A stretch of DNA of 64,000 bases from an uncultured Phycisphaerales bacterium (GCA_963758525.1 CAVWVQ010000005.1:298471-362470), one strand, 5' to 3'; counted from the first letter of the stretch, positions 52,369 through 62,528 are shown. Translations and numbers: made by a program. The notes: generated by a model not told the origin, from the sequence alone.

Positions 52369-53553
52369 TTACTCGACTGTCGGCGCCGCGCCCAATAACA
52401 CCGCCTCTTCTGCCTTTTCCGGGCCGCGGCGCGCCACGCTGTACAACACCCCCAGGGCTCCGCACGTGATCACCAGTCCGCTTCCCCCAGCGCTAATCAG
52501 CGGCAGCGATAAGCCTTTCGGGGGCACGCTCACTGTGGCAACGGCAATGTTAATCGCCGCCTGCAACCCCAGCATGGTCGTGATCCCAAAGGCGAGCATG
52601 CGTCCGAAATCGTCACGCTTCTGCTTGATGATCTGCCAGCCGACGAACAGCACGCCCAGATAAAGCGCGACCGTCAGCATCGCCCCGAACAATCCCAGTT
52701 CTTCGCAAATCACCGCGAAAACAAAGTCGGTCGTGTCTTCCGGCAGATACCCGAGTTTCTGAATTCCATTTCCCAGTCCGCGTCCCAAAATCCCGCCGCT
52801 GGAAAAGCTCAGCAGGCTCTGAATCATGTGATATCCCTGCCCCTGCGGCGAATCGTACGGATGCAGAAACGAGGTGATGCGGGCCATGCGATATGCCTTG
52901 TGCGTGACAAACCAGGCAGCCACCGCCAGCGCCGGAAACAGAACGATCATCAAGTGACCGACCTTGACCCGCCCGGCCAGCAGCATCATCAACGCGCAGA
53001 GCCCGATCAGCGCCGCGGTTCCAAAATCCTGAATCACCACCAGCAGGCAGAGCATGCCGACCGGAATCAGCGTCGGGAGAAATCCCCGGAAGAAACGTTC
53101 TAAGTTCACCGGATGAATCGTCAGCCAGTATGCGAGAAACAAAACCGCCGCCCACTTGGCCAATTCCGACGGCTGCATCTGAATCGGCCCCAGCTTGATC
53201 CAGCGCCGCGCCCCATTGACCGACATGCCGATCCCCGGCACCAGCACGAGCAGGCAGCTAATTGCCGCGATCACCACCGCCCACATGATCGGCGAGCGCA
53301 TCCACGACCCGCTCTGCATCGACAAGCGCGAATAATCAAACCTGCCCACCGCCATGAACGTCGCAAACGCCGCGACGGCGAATTTGAGCTGCTTGATCCC
53401 CACGACGGACCAGTGCCAACCTCCATGGTTGTCTGTCATCGCTCCCAGCGACGTGGAAGCGGACTGCACCATCACGATTCCCATAGCCAGCAGCGCAAGC
53501 ACGCAAAGGACCAGAATATCCTGCGTCCGCAGACGATAAATCGAAGACTCCAT
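52369..53553 (-). CDS. ftsW: SEDS peptidoglycan polymerase FtsW
   Basis: NGARRWI, QPSELAK, QDFGT, GYHMIQS, GLGNGIQK..YLPEDTTDFVFAVICEELG, LPLISAGGS; immediately upstream of murG. Confidence 0.92.
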   Translation of the reverse strand: MESSIYRLRTQDILVLCVLALLAMGIVMVQSASTSLGAMTDNHGGWHWSVVGIKQLKFAVAAFATFMAVGRFDYSRLSMQSGSWMRSPIMWAVVIAAISCLLVLVPGIGMSVNGARRWIKLGPIQMQPSELAKWAAVLFLAYWLTIHPVNLERFFRGFLPTLIPVGMLCLLVVIQDFGTAALIGLCALMMLLAGRVKVGHLMIVLFPALAVAAWFVTHKAYRMARITSFLHPYDSPQGQGYHMIQSLLSFSSGGILGRGLGNGIQKLGYLPEDTTDFVFAVICEELGLFGAMLTVALYLGVLFVGWQIIKQKRDDFGRMLAFGITTMLGLQAAINIAVATVSVPPKGLSLPLISAGGSGLVITCGALGVLYSVARRGPEKAEEAVLLGAAPTVE

Positions 53554-53817
53554 GCAGTGGTTATCGGACCTGAGGGGACCGAAGCATGAGAAGACGCCGG
53601 GAAAGCGGGGGAGCGACTCAAGTGAATGAGGAATCGAAAGTGCGACGATGATCCTCCTCGAGAACTTGCACAAGTGCTTGGGGCCACGCATCTGAGGGAG
53701 GCATCGAAGTTGCGTCAGCAGGGAGCCGAGCGGCTCTGCCGCCGGGCGGATCGCGAGAATCGAATGCTTTGCAAACCCGCATCTTCCACAAATTACTCGC
53801 GCGAATTTAGAAGCCGG

Positions 53818-53845
53818 TTGCTCCGGGCATTATTTTGTCTATACT
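53818..53845 (+). promoter_or_regulatory. Putative sigma70 promoter of the TA operon (near-leaderless transcript)
   Basis: TTGCTC-16 nt-TATACT ending 9 nt before the GTG start; no Shine-Dalgarno. Confidence 0.5.
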
Positions 53846-53854
53846 TAATTCAAC

Positions 53855-54127
53855 GTGTACGAGTTCCGCTGGAACGAATGGAATATCGAACACATTGCCG
53901 CCCACGGCGTCAGTCCTTGGCAGGCAGAGTACGTCGTGAACCATCCGCCCCGCGGGTATCCGCTCCGGGGCGAGGAAGGAAAGTTTCTCGTCCGGGGATA
54001 TGACATCGTCGGCTCGTACCTGCAGGTGATTTATATCTTCGATCCCCCGGGCGTCGTGTTCGTGATTCACGCCCGGCCCTTAACTGATCCGGAGAAGCGA
54101 CGGCTCCGCCGGAGGAGACCACGATGA
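53855..54127 (+). CDS. BrnT-like (RelE-fold) toxin
   Basis: YEFRWNEWNIEHIAAHGVS..AEYV; YLQVIY; VIHARPLT..EKRR; ATGA overlap with the next gene. Confidence 0.75.
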   Translation: MYEFRWNEWNIEHIAAHGVSPWQAEYVVNHPPRGYPLRGEEGKFLVRGYDIVGSYLQVIYIFDPPGVVFVIHARPLTDPEKRRLRRRRPR

Positions 54128-54429
54128 GCAGTTCACGCAAGCCCTACGGCAAAATGAACGCCGCTGAGTTGGCCGCGGCAACCGCCAAATATGACGAACC
54201 GTTCGGCGGTTGGAACGAATTCAAGCCCACGACGACCGCCGATCGACGGATGCACAAACAAGCCCGTGGGCGGGGAAGGCCCAAGGTCGGTCATGGGGCC
54301 AAACGGGTGATGATCACCGTCGAAAAAGGGCTGCTCAAAGCGGCCGACGATTACGCCAAGCGTATCGGAATGAGCCGCTCGGAACTGGTGGCAAACGGGA
54401 TCCGATCAGTGCTCCCGAAGGCGAGCTGA
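54124..54429 (+). CDS. Antitoxin with GRP motif and C-terminal ribbon-helix-helix domain
   Basis: RGRPKVG then RVMITVEKGLLKAADDYAKRIGMSRSELV; toxin-first arrangement as in BrnT/BrnA. Confidence 0.72.
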   Translation: MSSSRKPYGKMNAAELAAATAKYDEPFGGWNEFKPTTTADRRMHKQARGRGRPKVGHGAKRVMITVEKGLLKAADDYAKRIGMSRSELVANGIRSVLPKAS

Positions 54430-54532
54430 TCGCGGACGGAAAGCTCCATGCCCACGTCTTCACGTCTTCACGTTTCCCCCTCCCCATCACTGCCTGCCCG
54501 CCGTGGCGGGTTCCAATCACCAATCACCAGCC

Positions 54533-55669
54533 TCACCTCAGCTTCACCGTCGCCAGCGCCATCGCCGCCAGCATTGCGCCGATGAGCCAGAAACGCACGA
54601 CCACCTGCGTCTCGGTCCATCCCTTCCGCTGAAAATGATGATGCAACGGCGACATCAAAAATATCCTGCGGCCTTCGCCGAAGCGTTTTCTCGTATATTT
54701 GAAGTAGCCGACCTGCATGATCACGGAGACGGCTTCCATCACGAAGATTCCGCCGACGAGGAAGAGGACCAATTCCTGGCGGATGACGATGGCGATGTAG
54801 CCGATCAAACCGCCCAGGGCGAGCGAGCCGGTGTCGCCCATGAAGACGCTGGCGGGATTGCAGTTGAACCAGAGAAATCCGAGACACGCGCCGACCATGC
54901 AGCCGGCAAGCACTGCCATCTGGTCGGTCGCCTGAACGTAGGGAATCAGCAGTTCGGTCGCCCATGTGCGCGTGCCGACGATGAGAGCGAGTATGCAAAA
55001 CGCGAAGCTCACGATCGCCATGCAGCCCGATGCAAGGCCGTCCAGGCCGTCAGTGAGATTGACCGCATTGCTCGATCCAGTCATCACCACCGTCGCAATC
55101 AGCATGAACGCACCTCGGCCCAGCGGGATCCCGGCGCCCTTCACAAAAGGGTAGTAGAGCGTGTGCGTCGTGTTCCGATCGTAGTTGAACGTGAAGTAGG
55201 CAAGCACAACGCTCAAGCCGATCTGGAAGAGAATTTTCTCCAGCCCGGTCAGTCCCTGCCGGCTTCCGGACCGACGGCCGGCGGTGAGCTTGAGCCAGTC
55301 GTCGGTGGCGCCGACCATCCCCAGCCAGATCAGGCAAAGCAATGCCATCTGCACATAGAAGTCACGAAGGTTCGCCAGAAGCAGCGTCGTGGCCACGATC
55401 GAGAGAATGATCAGGATTCCCCCCATCGTTGGAACGCCCTTTTTCCCGGCCATCAGCTTGTCCATGTCTGCCTGGTCGAAGCTGGGAACATCGCCGATTT
55501 TTTGTCTTCTGAGCCAGGCGATCAGCCCCGGCCCAAGCAATATGCAGAGCAGAAAACTGCTCAGGATCGCGGCCGTTACCTGGAAGGTGGAGAACGTGAA
55601 AACGCGCAGGAAGCCGAGCCGATGGGCGTGAAGCCACTCGTACCAGCGATCGACGAGAAAATAGATCAT
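54533..55669 (-). CDS. mraY: Phospho-N-acetylmuramoyl-pentapeptide transferase
   Basis: KKGVPTMGG, DDWLK, SNAVNLTDGLDGLA, NCNPASVFMGDTGSL, PLHHHF; ATGA overlap with murF. Confidence 0.96.
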   Translation of the reverse strand: MIYFLVDRWYEWLHAHRLGFLRVFTFSTFQVTAAILSSFLLCILLGPGLIAWLRRQKIGDVPSFDQADMDKLMAGKKGVPTMGGILIILSIVATTLLLANLRDFYVQMALLCLIWLGMVGATDDWLKLTAGRRSGSRQGLTGLEKILFQIGLSVVLAYFTFNYDRNTTHTLYYPFVKGAGIPLGRGAFMLIATVVMTGSSNAVNLTDGLDGLASGCMAIVSFAFCILALIVGTRTWATELLIPYVQATDQMAVLAGCMVGACLGFLWFNCNPASVFMGDTGSLALGGLIGYIAIVIRQELVLFLVGGIFVMEAVSVIMQVGYFKYTRKRFGEGRRIFLMSPLHHHFQRKGWTETQVVVRFWLIGAMLAAMALATVKLR

Positions 55670-57060
55670 GGTCGCGCCGTCGCCCGCCCCTCGATCGCTG
55701 TTGCCACCGTTTCCAATCGCACGCCGCGCGAGGCTTTGAGCAGAATCAGATCGCCGGGAAGAAGCAGCTCGTCGATCGCGGCAGCCGCCGCGATGCTGTC
55801 GCGAAATTGCGCTACGGCTTTGGCAGCGAAGCCCGCAGCGATTGCCGCATCGGCGATCCACTCGCCGGCGGGTCCCACGCAGATCAACAGATCGATCTTT
55901 CCGGTTCCCGCCGTAAATGCGCCGATCTCGCGATGATACTGTTCGCTGTGCGCGCCGAGCTCGCGCATCTCGCCGAGCACCGCAACCCGACGCCCATGCG
56001 CCGGCAGCGCCGCCAGCGTCTCGAGCGCGGCTTTCATCGAGCTGGGATTGGCGTTGTATGCGTCGTTGAGCACCGTCACATCGCCCATGTGAGACAGCTC
56101 GAGCCGCATGTCAGGCCCGCGCGCTCGCGACAGGCCGTCGAGGATCACTGCATCCGCCACGGCAAGCGCCCGGGCAACGGCAATCGCCGCCAGCGCGTTG
56201 CAGGCGGTATGCTTTCCCAGCATCGGCACAAAGACGCGCATCTCCCCGCCATTGACGGAGAACTCCGTGCCGCGCTCGCTGCAGACGATGTCGGTTGCGA
56301 ACAGATCGTTGTCGCGGTCAAAGCCGAAGGTGACGCGCCGGCCGGGATATGCTGTGACTGCGTTCAGCAGCTCGCGATCGTCTCCATTCACCACGAGCAA
56401 TCCGTCCGGATTGAGCCCCGCGACGATCATCGCGTTTTCGCGCCGCACGCCGGTGAGATCGCTCAGCCCCTCAAGATGCTCCGCGCCGCAATTGGTGATC
56501 ACCGCGATGTCCGGCGAAGCCATCTCCGCCAGCGGGAGGATCTCGCCATGGTGGTTGGTTCCGATTTCGAGAACGAGGTAATCCTGATGCGGGTCGGCTG
56601 GAAAAATCGTCAGCGGAACGCCGATGTCGTTGTTGTAACTCTTGGGGGAGATTGAGCCGCGCCATCGCCCGTTCAGCGCGGCGTCGATCAGATGCTTCGT
56701 GCTCGTCTTCCCATTGCTTCCCGCGACCGCGACCACTTTCGATCGCATCGTCTTGCGCACGTGCCGCGCCAACCGCCCCAGCGCCTTGCGCGTGTCGGCC
56801 ACCTGGATCAGCACGACGTTTTCCGTCCGCGTTTGCGGCACATGATCGACCAGCGCCGCGATCGCGCCGCCGGCCGCGGCATCGGAAAGAAATCGGTGAG
56901 CGTCGTGATTCTCCCCGCGAATCGGAACAAACAGCGAGCCCTGCTGCATCTGTCGCGAGTCGGTGCAGACCGCGCGAACCATCGGAAGATCCGCCGGAAG
57001 ATCCGCAACGATCGTCCCGTCCACCGCCTGGCGAATCTGTTGAATCGTCAATGGCGTCAT
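55666..57060 (-). CDS. murF: UDP-MurNAc-tripeptide--D-Ala-D-Ala ligase
   Basis: TDSR, GSNGKTSTK, NNDIGVPLT, EIGTNHHGEI, NDAYNANPSSM, LGEMRELG, LLKASRG. Confidence 0.95.
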   Translation of the reverse strand: MTPLTIQQIRQAVDGTIVADLPADLPMVRAVCTDSRQMQQGSLFVPIRGENHDAHRFLSDAAAGGAIAALVDHVPQTRTENVVLIQVADTRKALGRLARHVRKTMRSKVVAVAGSNGKTSTKHLIDAALNGRWRGSISPKSYNNDIGVPLTIFPADPHQDYLVLEIGTNHHGEILPLAEMASPDIAVITNCGAEHLEGLSDLTGVRRENAMIVAGLNPDGLLVVNGDDRELLNAVTAYPGRRVTFGFDRDNDLFATDIVCSERGTEFSVNGGEMRVFVPMLGKHTACNALAAIAVARALAVADAVILDGLSRARGPDMRLELSHMGDVTVLNDAYNANPSSMKAALETLAALPAHGRRVAVLGEMRELGAHSEQYHREIGAFTAGTGKIDLLICVGPAGEWIADAAIAAGFAAKAVAQFRDSIAAAAAIDELLLPGDLILLKASRGVRLETVATAIEGRATARP

Positions 57061-57071
57061 TGCATTCCCGA

Positions 57072-58546
57072 TCAGCGCGCGGTCGAGGCTTGGTAACGTC
57101 CCGAAAGAAATCCGGCGGCCTCCTCGGTGTCGTCGAAGTGGTGCTTCTCCTTGCCGACGATCTGATAATTTTCGTGACCCTTCCCCGCCAGCAGCACCAC
57201 ATCGCCCGCCCGGGCATCGGCAAGAATGTGTTCGATCGCATGCCGCCGGTCCGGCTCAACGATCGTGGCTCGCGCACGGTCAGTCCCGCGGTGATTTCGT
57301 CGATGATGCCTTGCGCGTTTTCCGTGCGCGGGTTGTCGCTGGTGATGTAGAGCACGTCAGCCAGTTTCTCGGCGACGCGGGCCATCCGCGGACGCTTCGT
57401 CCGATCGCGGTCTCCCCCGCAGCCGAACAGAACGCGAAGCTTCCCCTTCGTGAGCGGACGCAAGGCGGACAGCACATTCCGCAGCGCGTCATCGGTGTGC
57501 GCGTAGTCCACCAGAACCGCGAACGGCTGCCCGCTGCGAACCGCCTGCAGACGCCCGGGCGCTCCCTGCGCATCGCGAAGCCCGCTGGCGATTTGATGCA
57601 CCGTGAGACCGAAGACTTCACCGGCCAGCGTCGCGGCGGCCAGCGCGTTCTCGATATTGTGCCGGCCGATCAGTTGCATGCTCACCTCCGTCTGACCGTC
57701 CGGCGCCTTGAGCACGAAGTGAGTGCCATTGGCCGTGAACGCGGGCATCATCGCCCGATAGTCGGCTCCCTCGTCAAACCCAAACCGCATGATCCGGGCA
57801 TGGCAGTCTTCCAGCATCCGCTCCGATGCCGGGTCGTCCGTGTTCACCGCCGCAACCGCCGACGAATCGAGCGACGCAAACAGTTTCGCCTTGGCGGCCG
57901 CGTACGCATGCATCGTCTTGTGATAATCGAGGTGATCGCCCGTGAGATTGGTGAAAGCCGCCCCCGCAAACCGCACGCCCGCCGTGCGGCTTTGATCCAG
58001 AGCATGGCTCGACACTTCGATCGCGCACGCGCCGCACCCGTTGCCCCGCATCTTCGCCAGCAGTCCGGCGATCTGCGTCGCCGAGGGCGTCGTCATCTGC
58101 GCCTCGCAACGGTTCTTCCCGTCATCGATCTCCACGGTGCCGATCATCCCCGATTGCACCGCCACTTTGCCGAGAATGTGCCGCAGGAGGTACGTCGTTG
58201 TCGTTTTGCCGTTGGTTCCGGTCACGCCCAGCACTCGAACGGCCTTGTCGGGCCGATCGTAGAACGCGTTCGCCAGATCCGAGGCGATCCCATTCACGTC
58301 CGGCACGACAATCTGCGGCAGCGGGCAGGTCGCCGCCGGAGCCTGCACAATCGCCGCAGCAGCGCCGCGCTCCCTGGCGTCCTCCAGAAACTCCCCGCCG
58401 TCAATCCTCGTTCCGTGACGGGCGACAAACAGATCGCCAGGCCGAACTTGGCGCGAATCCTCAGCCACGCCCGCGATGACCACATCGGGGACCACGCCAA
58501 GATGCAGATCGAATGAGAGTCTGCCCAGAAGGGTGCGGAGAAGCAT
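57072..58546 (-). CDS. murE: UDP-MurNAc-dipeptide--meso-DAP ligase; apparent indel near 57275
   Basis: GVTGTNGKTTT, TTP, EVSSH, FTNL..DHLDYH, VDYAHTDD, FGCGGDRD, DNPR; shifted frame gives LAGKGHENYQ..FDD. Confidence 0.94.
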
Positions 58547-58706
58547 TGGGACATCCCTTTCCCAGTCGCAAAAAAAGCGCAATCCCCACATTGATCGGCT
58601 TCCTTGCCGCGCGGGCCGCAAATTAGCACAGGGACCGGACGGAATCAACGCAAGGTTCTTCAGAGAGCGCCCAGGCGGGTGTGGCGCAAATGGCGATCGG
58701 CTCCGA

Positions 58707-58729
58707 GTAGGGCGGGATTCATCCCGCCG
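58707..58729 (+). repeat. GTAG-type REP, single copy
   Basis: GTAGGGCGGGATTCATCCCGCCG, identical to the copies at 60966 and (inverted) 61013. Confidence 0.85.
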
Positions 58730-58801
58730 ATTGTTGGCCGACCCAGAAAACGGCGCATTGCAAAGCTCGAAAATCGCCGCATTTGGGCTATCCTGTCGAA
58801 C

Positions 58802-59797
58802 GTGGGAGACGAGTTCAGCATCGACCTGGAGAATGTTTCGAAGAAGTATGGCTCGCGCATCTCGGCGCTGCGCGATCTGAGCCTGCGCGTTCGCCGCGGC
58901 GAAATCTTCGGGCTGCTCGGCCCCAACGGCGCGGGCAAAAGCACGCTCGTGAAGATCATGGTGAGCGTGGTTCGGCCGACCCGCGCGGCCGGCATGATTC
59001 TCGATCATCCCGTGGGGCACAAGCCGACACTCGCGCGCATCGGCTACCTTCCCGAAAGTCATCGTTTTCCCCGCTATCTCACCGGTCGTCAGGCGATCGA
59101 GTTTTTCGCGGCGCTCTCGAGGGTCGATCGCCCGACCCGCAAGCACCGCGCGGCAGAACTGCTCGAAACCGTCGGCATGACGCAATGGGCCGATCAGCGC
59201 GTCGGCAGATACTCCAAGGGCATGATGCAGCGCGTCGGACTCGCGCAGGCGCTGGCGGCGAATCCCGATCTGGTCATTCTCGACGAGCCGACCGATGGCG
59301 TCGATCCGGTCGGCCGCCGCGACATTCGCGACGTGCTCGCGCGGCTCAAAGCACAGGGCAAAACAGTCTTCGTCAACAGCCATCTGCTCAGCGAGCTGGA
59401 GATGATGTGCGATCGCATTGCGATTCTGGTCGGAGGCTCGGTCGCCCGCCAGGGAACGCTCGACGAGCTGACGGCGGGCAGAAGATGCTTCGAAATCGAA
59501 GTGGCTCCCGCGGCGCAAAACGGAGCGCCGGGCGCAATTCAGCGGTTGTTCTCCCAGCTCGCGGTGGATGGCAAAGATGCCGTGCGCCGAGCGCTTCCCG
59601 GCGGTCAGTGGGTGACAGCGGCGGATCACACGTTGCGCATCGGCACACTCGAACCGGAACACATTCAGCCCATCGTCGACGCGCTGTGCGCGGACGGGCA
59701 GACGATCGCTCGCGTGCAGTCGGTGCGGCCGTCGCTGGAGGATCTGTTCCTTGAAGCCGTCGGAAACAAATCGAACGTGGGGGCAGACCGCGCATGA
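58802..59797 (+). CDS. ABC transporter ATP-binding protein
   Basis: GPNGAGKS Walker A, YSKGM signature, ILDEP Walker B, SH switch. Confidence 0.92.
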   Translation: MGDEFSIDLENVSKKYGSRISALRDLSLRVRRGEIFGLLGPNGAGKSTLVKIMVSVVRPTRAAGMILDHPVGHKPTLARIGYLPESHRFPRYLTGRQAIEFFAALSRVDRPTRKHRAAELLETVGMTQWADQRVGRYSKGMMQRVGLAQALAANPDLVILDEPTDGVDPVGRRDIRDVLARLKAQGKTVFVNSHLLSELEMMCDRIAILVGGSVARQGTLDELTAGRRCFEIEVAPAAQNGAPGAIQRLFSQLAVDGKDAVRRALPGGQWVTAADHTLRIGTLEPEHIQPIVDALCADGQTIARVQSVRPSLEDLFLEAVGNKSNVGADRA

Positions 59798-60893
59798 TTC
59801 AGACCTGGGCGCTATTGCTGGATGCCTATCGCGAATTGAACGCGAAAAAGCTCTTCTGGATCACCCTGATTCTGTCAGCGCTGGCCGTCGGCGCATTCGC
59901 CCTGGTCGGCGTCAATCAGCACGGGCTGACGCTCGCCGGCACGCAGTTCGATATCCCCGGCGCACGCGGGTTGTACAAGGCGCTCTACAGCCAGGTAATC
60001 ATCGGCTGGTGGCTCACCTGGGGCGCGATGATCCTGGCCCTCATCTCCACCTCCACGATGATTCCCGATCTCATCGCGGGTGGAACGATCGACCTGTATC
60101 TTTCGCGCCCGATGAGCCGGCTGCGGCTCTTCCTCACCAAATATGTGTGCGGGCTTCTGTTCGTCGCGGCCCAGGTCGGCGTGGTCGCCGTCGGGAGTGT
60201 CGCCATCGTTCGCTGGCGCGACGGAGAATGGATCCCCTCGCTTCTGCTGTCGGTGCCGCTCGTTTTGCTCGTCTTCAGTTACGTCTTTGCGATTGCCGTC
60301 TTCATCGGCGTCTGGACGCGTTCGGCGATCGCCGCGATTCTGCTGAGCATCCTCGCCTGGGGATTCTTCTCCATCACGCAGTGGGCCGAGCAGAGTCTGG
60401 GGATCTGGCAGTCCGCAACACAGACTGCGCCGTGCGCGCGCAGGACAAGGTGCAGGAGGCCAACGCCGACCTGGATCGCTTTGCAAAGCATCCGTTCGAT
60501 GATCTGACCGGCGTGCGTGCCGCGATGGCACGCTCGCGTCTCAAGGATGCGACGGCCGAACTTCCCCAACTTGAGCACGACACGCATCTCCCGAAATTGC
60601 TGCACAAGATCTCGTCGGTGATGTGGCTCATCGTGCCCAAAACGCGCGAGACCAGCGACCTGCTGGACCGATATCTCCTCACCGACGAGGAGGCAACGCG
60701 AAGCCGCGAGCAGCGGGCGGAACGCGATCAGGCGCGCGGCCGCAACGGCCGTGAAGATATGGACAATGCCGCCGTCGAAGAGATCGAAGAACAGCGGCAC
60801 CGCTCGGTTCCCCTCATCCTCGGAAGCTCCCTCGCCGCCGAGGCGCTGTTCGCCGGGCTCGGCGCATGGATCTTCTGCCGGCGCGATTATTGA
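59794..60893 (+). CDS. ABC-2 type permease; apparent 1-nt deletion near 60428
   Basis: TM helices, GTIDLYLSRPMSR..LFLTKY, C-terminal FCRRDY; ATGA overlap with the ATPase gene. Confidence 0.82.
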
Positions 60894-60965
60894 TTATCGA
60901 AGGTGGCCCGAGTCCCCCTCACTCTCAATGTTTCCTGTCGGGGAACGATCGCCGAAAGTGCGGAT

Positions 60966-61035
60966 GTAGGGCGGGATTCATCCCGCCGCTTCCCTTGAAG
61001 CACCTCAAAACACGGCGGGATGAATCCCGCCCTAC
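60966..61035. repeat. Inverted GTAG REP doublet (REPIN)
   Basis: GTAGGGCGGGATTCATCCCGCCG (60966-60988) and its exact reverse complement (61013-61035), 24-bp spacer. Confidence 0.9.
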
Positions 61036-61052
61036 GGAGATCGATTTCCACG

Positions 61053-61514
61053 TCAAGAACCGAGTGCCGCGTGCATTGCAAATCGCAGCACGAAGAACTC
61101 AGCTGTCAGCAGCGCGGTTGTCAGCAGCACGATTCTGGCGATATGTCTCTCTTTTGTGGTGCAGGTTTCCAGTTTGCTATTGGTGCCGTCGCCGCAAGCC
61201 GTCACAAGAAGAGGCTCCCGTTGCACCCGATGCTGCACGGTCGCAATCAACAGATTCGCTTCGAACCTTGCGATCCCCATCCGTTCGGCGTCTCTCAGCA
61301 GCCGAAGGCGGTCGGAATAGTGAAGAAGGCGTCCGTCAAGGGCTTCGCGGACCTGATGCAGGAATAGGCGTGCGCCTGCGCTCGGGGCAATCTGATCGAG
61401 AACGACAGAAGCGGATGCGCTCGGGCGCCGCGACGCGTTGATTGCCGCCTGGCGCGCGCGGATCGACGGTTTGTTTGGGGTGGGAAGCCTTCGTGATCCA
61501 ACTCCGGACGGCAC
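61053..61514 (-). CDS. Hypothetical protein with C-terminal TM segment
   Basis: Helical core LLHYSDRLRLLRDAERMGIARFEANLLIATVQH and a hydrophobic C-terminus; start uncertain. Confidence 0.5.
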   Translation of the reverse strand: MPSGVGSRRLPTPNKPSIRARQAAINASRRPSASASVVLDQIAPSAGARLFLHQVREALDGRLLHYSDRLRLLRDAERMGIARFEANLLIATVQHRVQREPLLVTACGDGTNSKLETCTTKERHIARIVLLTTALLTAEFFVLRFAMHAALGS

Positions 61515-61637
61515 GTGCCGAGTCTACTTCATTACAGTGTGTTCGCAGGCGGGAATCATTTCTGCGCGACAGGCTTCGCCACGCTTGCGGTGGGGTCATG
61601 GCGATTGTGACGAATATTTCGGTACAGTGGATCGCGT

Positions 61638-62447
61638 ATGAAATGGATGCGACGATTGTTTTTTTGTGCAGTAGTCGCGGTCGCTCTGCTTGCGATCGCC
61701 GGAGCGGTCGGATCGCGCATGCTGCATGGCCGGCCCGACTGGTACAAACGCAATGCGATTGATCCCAAACGCCAGGAGCAGGCGGCCAAGCGCGTCGAGG
61801 ACAAGCTCACTGACGCGAGCAATTGGTCTCAATCCGCCTGGCTCGCCAGGCAGCATGCCGCCCAACAGCGAACGACTCCGCTGGAATTCTCGCTGACCGA
61901 AGAGGAGATCAACGCATTTCTGGCCAAGTGGGCGGAGATCTCCGGCGAAGAGGCGCGCATTTCCGGCGTTCTCTCCGATCCGCAGGTTTCATTGGACGAT
62001 GGACAGCTCGTGCTCGCCGCCACCTTGAAAGAACTCCAGACCGTGGTCAGTGTCGACCTGGCTCCCAGGATTGACGAAAAAGGATTAATCCATGCCGACG
62101 TCGAGAAAGTACTAGGCGGGCAGTTGCCCTTGCCGCAGGCGGTCTGGGATGTCTACGCGAAAAAGCTGGCAACGCACATCGAGGCCGAGTTGCCCGAAGC
62201 GCAGCGGAGGGCCAAGTTGAACGCCGATGGATCGGCCAATAATCCGATGGTCGAGGCGGTGCTGGGCACGATGGTGCTCCACTTCCTTCACAACGAGCCG
62301 GCCGATCCCGTCGTCTTCCTGCAGTACGCCGCCAATAACCAACTGCGCAATCTCCCGGTGAAGATCACATCCGTCAAGATTGCAGACAAGACGCTGACAG
62401 TCACCTTCGAGCCCCTGGCGGCGGGGGAGAAGATCGGGGCGAAATAG
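61638..62447 (+). CDS. Hypothetical membrane-anchored/exported protein
   Basis: N-terminal hydrophobic segment; 269-aa ORF with coding-like composition. Confidence 0.65.
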   Translation: MKWMRRLFFCAVVAVALLAIAGAVGSRMLHGRPDWYKRNAIDPKRQEQAAKRVEDKLTDASNWSQSAWLARQHAAQQRTTPLEFSLTEEEINAFLAKWAEISGEEARISGVLSDPQVSLDDGQLVLAATLKELQTVVSVDLAPRIDEKGLIHADVEKVLGGQLPLPQAVWDVYAKKLATHIEAELPEAQRRAKLNADGSANNPMVEAVLGTMVLHFLHNEPADPVVFLQYAANNQLRNLPVKITSVKIADKTLTVTFEPLAAGEKIGAK

Positions 62448-62528
62448 GGTTCAGGGTTCAGGGTTCAGGGTGTTGGGGTTCAGGGTGTCAGGGTATCAGG
62501 GTACCACGGTACCAGGGTTCGGGGTGTC
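62447..62528. repeat. Tandem 7-bp repeats (GGGTTCA and variants)
   Basis: Directly visible between convergent genes, about 11 units. Confidence 0.9.

Noticed and set aside
46253..58546. Pseudogenisation or programmed frameshifting of ftsQ, ddl, murG and murE
   Set aside because: Both halves of each gene keep intact motifs, there are no consistent slippery sites, and the same deletion pattern hits unrelated genes across the window; sequencing error is more parsimonious
56471..59662. 1063-aa ORF as a MurE fusion
   Set aside because: The part upstream of 58546 is antisense to the ABC ATPase, and the tail is out-of-frame read-through over murF caused by the indel near 57275
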